From Bacteroidaceae bacterium (GTDB lineage: Bacteria > Bacteroidota > Bacteroidia > Bacteroidales > Bacteroidaceae): a DNA stretch of 52,763 nt. Below the pieces are notes generated by a model. That model made no database searches. It was not told the origin of the DNA and worked only from the letters and a program-made list of their open reading frames with translations. Shown here in pieces: positions 50,401-52,763 of the stretch. Numbering within the stretch: the first letter of the stretch is position 1; each line of letters starts with the position of its first letter. The position numbers were made by a program, and so were the translations under genes. Where the stretch lies: the NCBI GenBank assembly GCA_017557045.1, contig JAFYLO010000182.1, forward strand, positions 1-52,763, given 5' to 3'.

Positions 50401-50853
50401 ATGAAAAAGACAACACTCTTTGCCGGAACATTCGACCCCTACACACTCGGTCACCACTCGATAACCGAGCGTGCCCTCAAACTGTTCGACAAGGTGATAA
50501 TAGCCATCGGGCACAACTCCGGCAAGAAGACAATGTCCACCGTCGAAGAGCGCATGGCAACCATCAAGGAACTCTACCGAGACGAACCACGCATAGAGGT
50601 AACCGCATACGAAGGACTCACCGTAGACCACGCAAAGGCCTGCGGTGCACAGAGCCTGCTGCGCGGCATACGCAGCGTAAAGGACTTTGAATATGAGCGC
50701 GACCTTGCCGACCTCAACCGCGAAATAAGCGGCCTCGAAACAGTCCTGCTCATAAGCGAACCGCAATACTCGGCCATAAGCAGCAGTGCAGTGCGCGAAC
50801 TTATCGGCTACGGAAAAGATGTAAGCAAATTTTTACCAAAAAACAAACTATGA
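50401..50853 (+). CDS. coaD: Phosphopantetheine adenylyltransferase
   Basis: The N-terminus reads MKKTTLFAGTFDPYTLGHH. The ORF-track start at 50347 lies inside parE, so I prefer the ATG at 50401. Confidence 0.94.
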   Translation: MKKTTLFAGTFDPYTLGHHSITERALKLFDKVIIAIGHNSGKKTMSTVEERMATIKELYRDEPRIEVTAYEGLTVDHAKACGAQSLLRGIRSVKDFEYERDLADLNREISGLETVLLISEPQYSAISSSAVRELIGYGKDVSKFLPKNKL

Positions 50854-52460
50854 AAAAGACGATATTCACAATCCTTATGATACTTGCACCGTTCATACTC
50901 ACGGCGCAAGAGAGCAAGAAACGCAGTTCGCTGCTCCCCGAACAGCTCAACAAACTGTTGCTCACCGAGAGCATGATTACCCGCTTCTATGTAGACAGTG
51001 TCAACGAAGTGAAGATGGTGGAGGAGGGCATAAAGGCCATGCTCAAACAGCTCGATCCCCACTCAACCTACTCCGAACCTAAAGAGGTAAAAAGCCTCAT
51101 GGAGTCCATGCGCGGCAACTTCGACGGAATAGGCGTGCAGTTCAACATGGTAGAGGATACGCTTGTGGTGATACAGCCAACCACCAACGGTCCCTCGGAA
51201 AAGGCGGGCATACTCGCCGGCGATCGCATCATCACAGTCAACGACACAACCATTGCCGGAGTGAAGATGGATCGCTACAACATCATGCGCCGTCTGCGTG
51301 GCAGGAAGGGCACAAAGGTACACCTCGAAATTATGCGTCGAGGCATCAACAGGCTCATTCCTTTTGACATTGTGCGCGACAAAATATCCACAACCACTAT
51401 TGATGCCGCATACATGCTCGACAAGAAGACCGGCTACATACGCATATCCAGTTTCGGGCAGAAGACACACGAAGAGTTCCTCGCAAAACTCGACTCGTTG
51501 CAGAAGCAAGGCATGAAAGACATGATACTCGACCTGCAGAGCAACGGCGGAGGATTGTTGCAAGCCTCGGTGGACATAGCCAACGAATTTCTCAATCAGA
51601 GTGAACTTATTGTCTACACACAAGGCCGCGTATTCCCCAGATACGACTATCTTGCAAAGGGTGGCGGCCGCTTCAATAAAGGCCGTGTGGCAGTGCTCAT
51701 CGACCAAAATACAGCATCGGCAGCAGAGATTCTCTCAGGCGCCATACAGGATTGGGACAGAGGTGTGATTGTAGGCCGCCGCAGCTTCGGAAAAGGCCTT
51801 GTGCAACGCCCCATCGACCTACCCGACGGCTCAATGATACGACTCACCGTAGCGCGCTACTACACCCCTTCGGGCCGCAACATACAGAAGCCCTACGGCG
51901 ACTCGATACGATACAGGGACGACATCATGCAGCGCTACAATCGCGGTGAACTCACAAGTGCCGACAGCACACACTTCCCCGACTCGCTCAAGGTGTTCAC
52001 CAAGCGTCTCGAACGCCCCGTTTACGGTGGCGGAGGCATAATGCCCGACTACTTCGTTTCGCTCGACACCACAAAATTTACAAAATATCATCGCGACCTT
52101 GTGCGCAAGGGCACCATCATACAGACAACCCTGCGTTACCTTGACGACAAGCGCGAGGAGATGAAAAAGAAGTACCCCACATTCGAGGAGTACAACAAGA
52201 AGTTCAAGGTCGACGACGAACTGCTTGCACGCTTGCACCAATATGCCGAGCGCGACAGTGTAAAGCCCAAAGACAAGGAGGAGTTTGAAAAATCACTCCC
52301 ACAGATAAGCCTGCAAATGAAGGCGCTGCTCGCACGCGACCTATGGGATATGAACGAATATTTCCAGATAATCAACCAGGATGACGAAATAGTCAAGAAG
52401 GCGATGGAACTGCTGAAAGAGCGCAACATCGATGCCCTGCTGACAAAGAAAAAGAGATAA
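50850..52460 (+). CDS. S41-family C-terminal processing (tail-specific) peptidase
   Basis: 536 aa with a signal peptide. The PDZ block reads GPSEKAGILAGDRIITVND. The catalytic-Ser context is LIDQNTASAAEIL. The start overlaps the coaD stop (ATGA). Confidence 0.92.
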   Translation: MKKTIFTILMILAPFILTAQESKKRSSLLPEQLNKLLLTESMITRFYVDSVNEVKMVEEGIKAMLKQLDPHSTYSEPKEVKSLMESMRGNFDGIGVQFNMVEDTLVVIQPTTNGPSEKAGILAGDRIITVNDTTIAGVKMDRYNIMRRLRGRKGTKVHLEIMRRGINRLIPFDIVRDKISTTTIDAAYMLDKKTGYIRISSFGQKTHEEFLAKLDSLQKQGMKDMILDLQSNGGGLLQASVDIANEFLNQSELIVYTQGRVFPRYDYLAKGGGRFNKGRVAVLIDQNTASAAEILSGAIQDWDRGVIVGRRSFGKGLVQRPIDLPDGSMIRLTVARYYTPSGRNIQKPYGDSIRYRDDIMQRYNRGELTSADSTHFPDSLKVFTKRLERPVYGGGGIMPDYFVSLDTTKFTKYHRDLVRKGTIIQTTLRYLDDKREEMKKKYPTFEEYNKKFKVDDELLARLHQYAERDSVKPKDKEEFEKSLPQISLQMKALLARDLWDMNEYFQIINQDDEIVKKAMELLKERNIDALLTKKKR

Positions 52461-52466
52461 AACAGT

Positions 52467-52498
52467 GTAAATGCTGTGCCCGCGGGCACAGCATTTAC
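52467..52498 (+). terminator. Intrinsic terminator hairpin after the S41 peptidase gene
   Basis: 14-bp perfect stem: gtaaatgctgtgcc (52467-52480) pairs with ggcacagcatttac (52485-52498). The loop is cgcg. Confidence 0.75.
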
Positions 52499-52763
52499 GC
52501 ACCTCAAAAAAGAAAAGAGAAAAATGATTATCAAATATATTACCTAAAATGCAACGTTGCATTGCAATGTCGGTGGAAATAAGTAACTTGAAAAGTTGTC
52601 CCACTTTAAGCTAATCTTGGACACACATTTCAGTTTTTATATTTTGCTAATCTCTTTAATATAAGAAACTTAAAAAAGCTGTCCCTCTTGAAGGGGGACG
52701 AGAACTTTTTTCCGAGATGTCTATTCCTAAAATAGGTTTACAAAAAAGTAAATAAAATGTACC

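Overview
This 52.8-kb window looks like core chromosome of a Bacteroidota (Bacteroidales-like) bacterium. The taxon call rests on four observations. Gene content and order fit the group. Several genes are preceded by -7 promoter boxes of the TAnnTTTG type. Lipoproteins carry Bacteroidota-style signals. One protein has a T9SS C-terminal sorting domain.

I call 38 protein-coding genes, 36 of them on the + strand. In order they are:
- rpoB (5'-truncated by the window edge) and rpoC
- a two-gene N-acyl-amino-acid lipid operon (glsA/glsB-like)
- an envelope cluster: dut, a TPR protein, a LolB-like lipoprotein, an EnvC-like protein, a small secreted protein and lptB
- a 1109-aa secreted M60-like metalloprotease on the - strand
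- tig, clpP, clpX, recQ and guaB
- three SurA/parvulin-type chaperone genes plus an OstA-like protein
- mutL, an OmpA-family porin, nadK (- strand) and pdxJ
- exbB, exbD and tonB
- a DJ-1-family gene, ispD and recG
- a TonB-dependent receptor with a small lipoprotein
- a CaCA antiporter, a GNAT-like protein, parE, coaD and an S41 protease

I found no rRNA, tRNA, CRISPR array, transposase, integrase, phage gene or recognisable defence or toxin-antitoxin module. I cannot support a claim of a new multi-gene system here.

The features that ordinary annotation does not explain are these:
1. A family of small non-coding, imperfectly palindromic elements bounded by terminal inverted repeats. Copies lie at 18888-19073 and 45662-45990, each flanked by a 3-bp direct repeat. 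A second-type element lies at 46095-46291.
2. A 2.2-copy tandem repeat of 83 bp upstream of dut. Each unit carries a consensus -7 promoter box and is related to a segment inside the 45.7-kb element.
3. The M60-like protease, which is flanked by two paralogous leucine-rich-repeat modules and ends in a T9SS sorting domain.
4. An EnvC-like coiled-coil protein whose LytM domain has lost its catalytic histidines.
5. A non-SusC TonB-dependent receptor paired with a small lipoprotein that carries a surface-export signal.

All coordinates, repeats and motifs were read by eye from the sequence. No database search was run.
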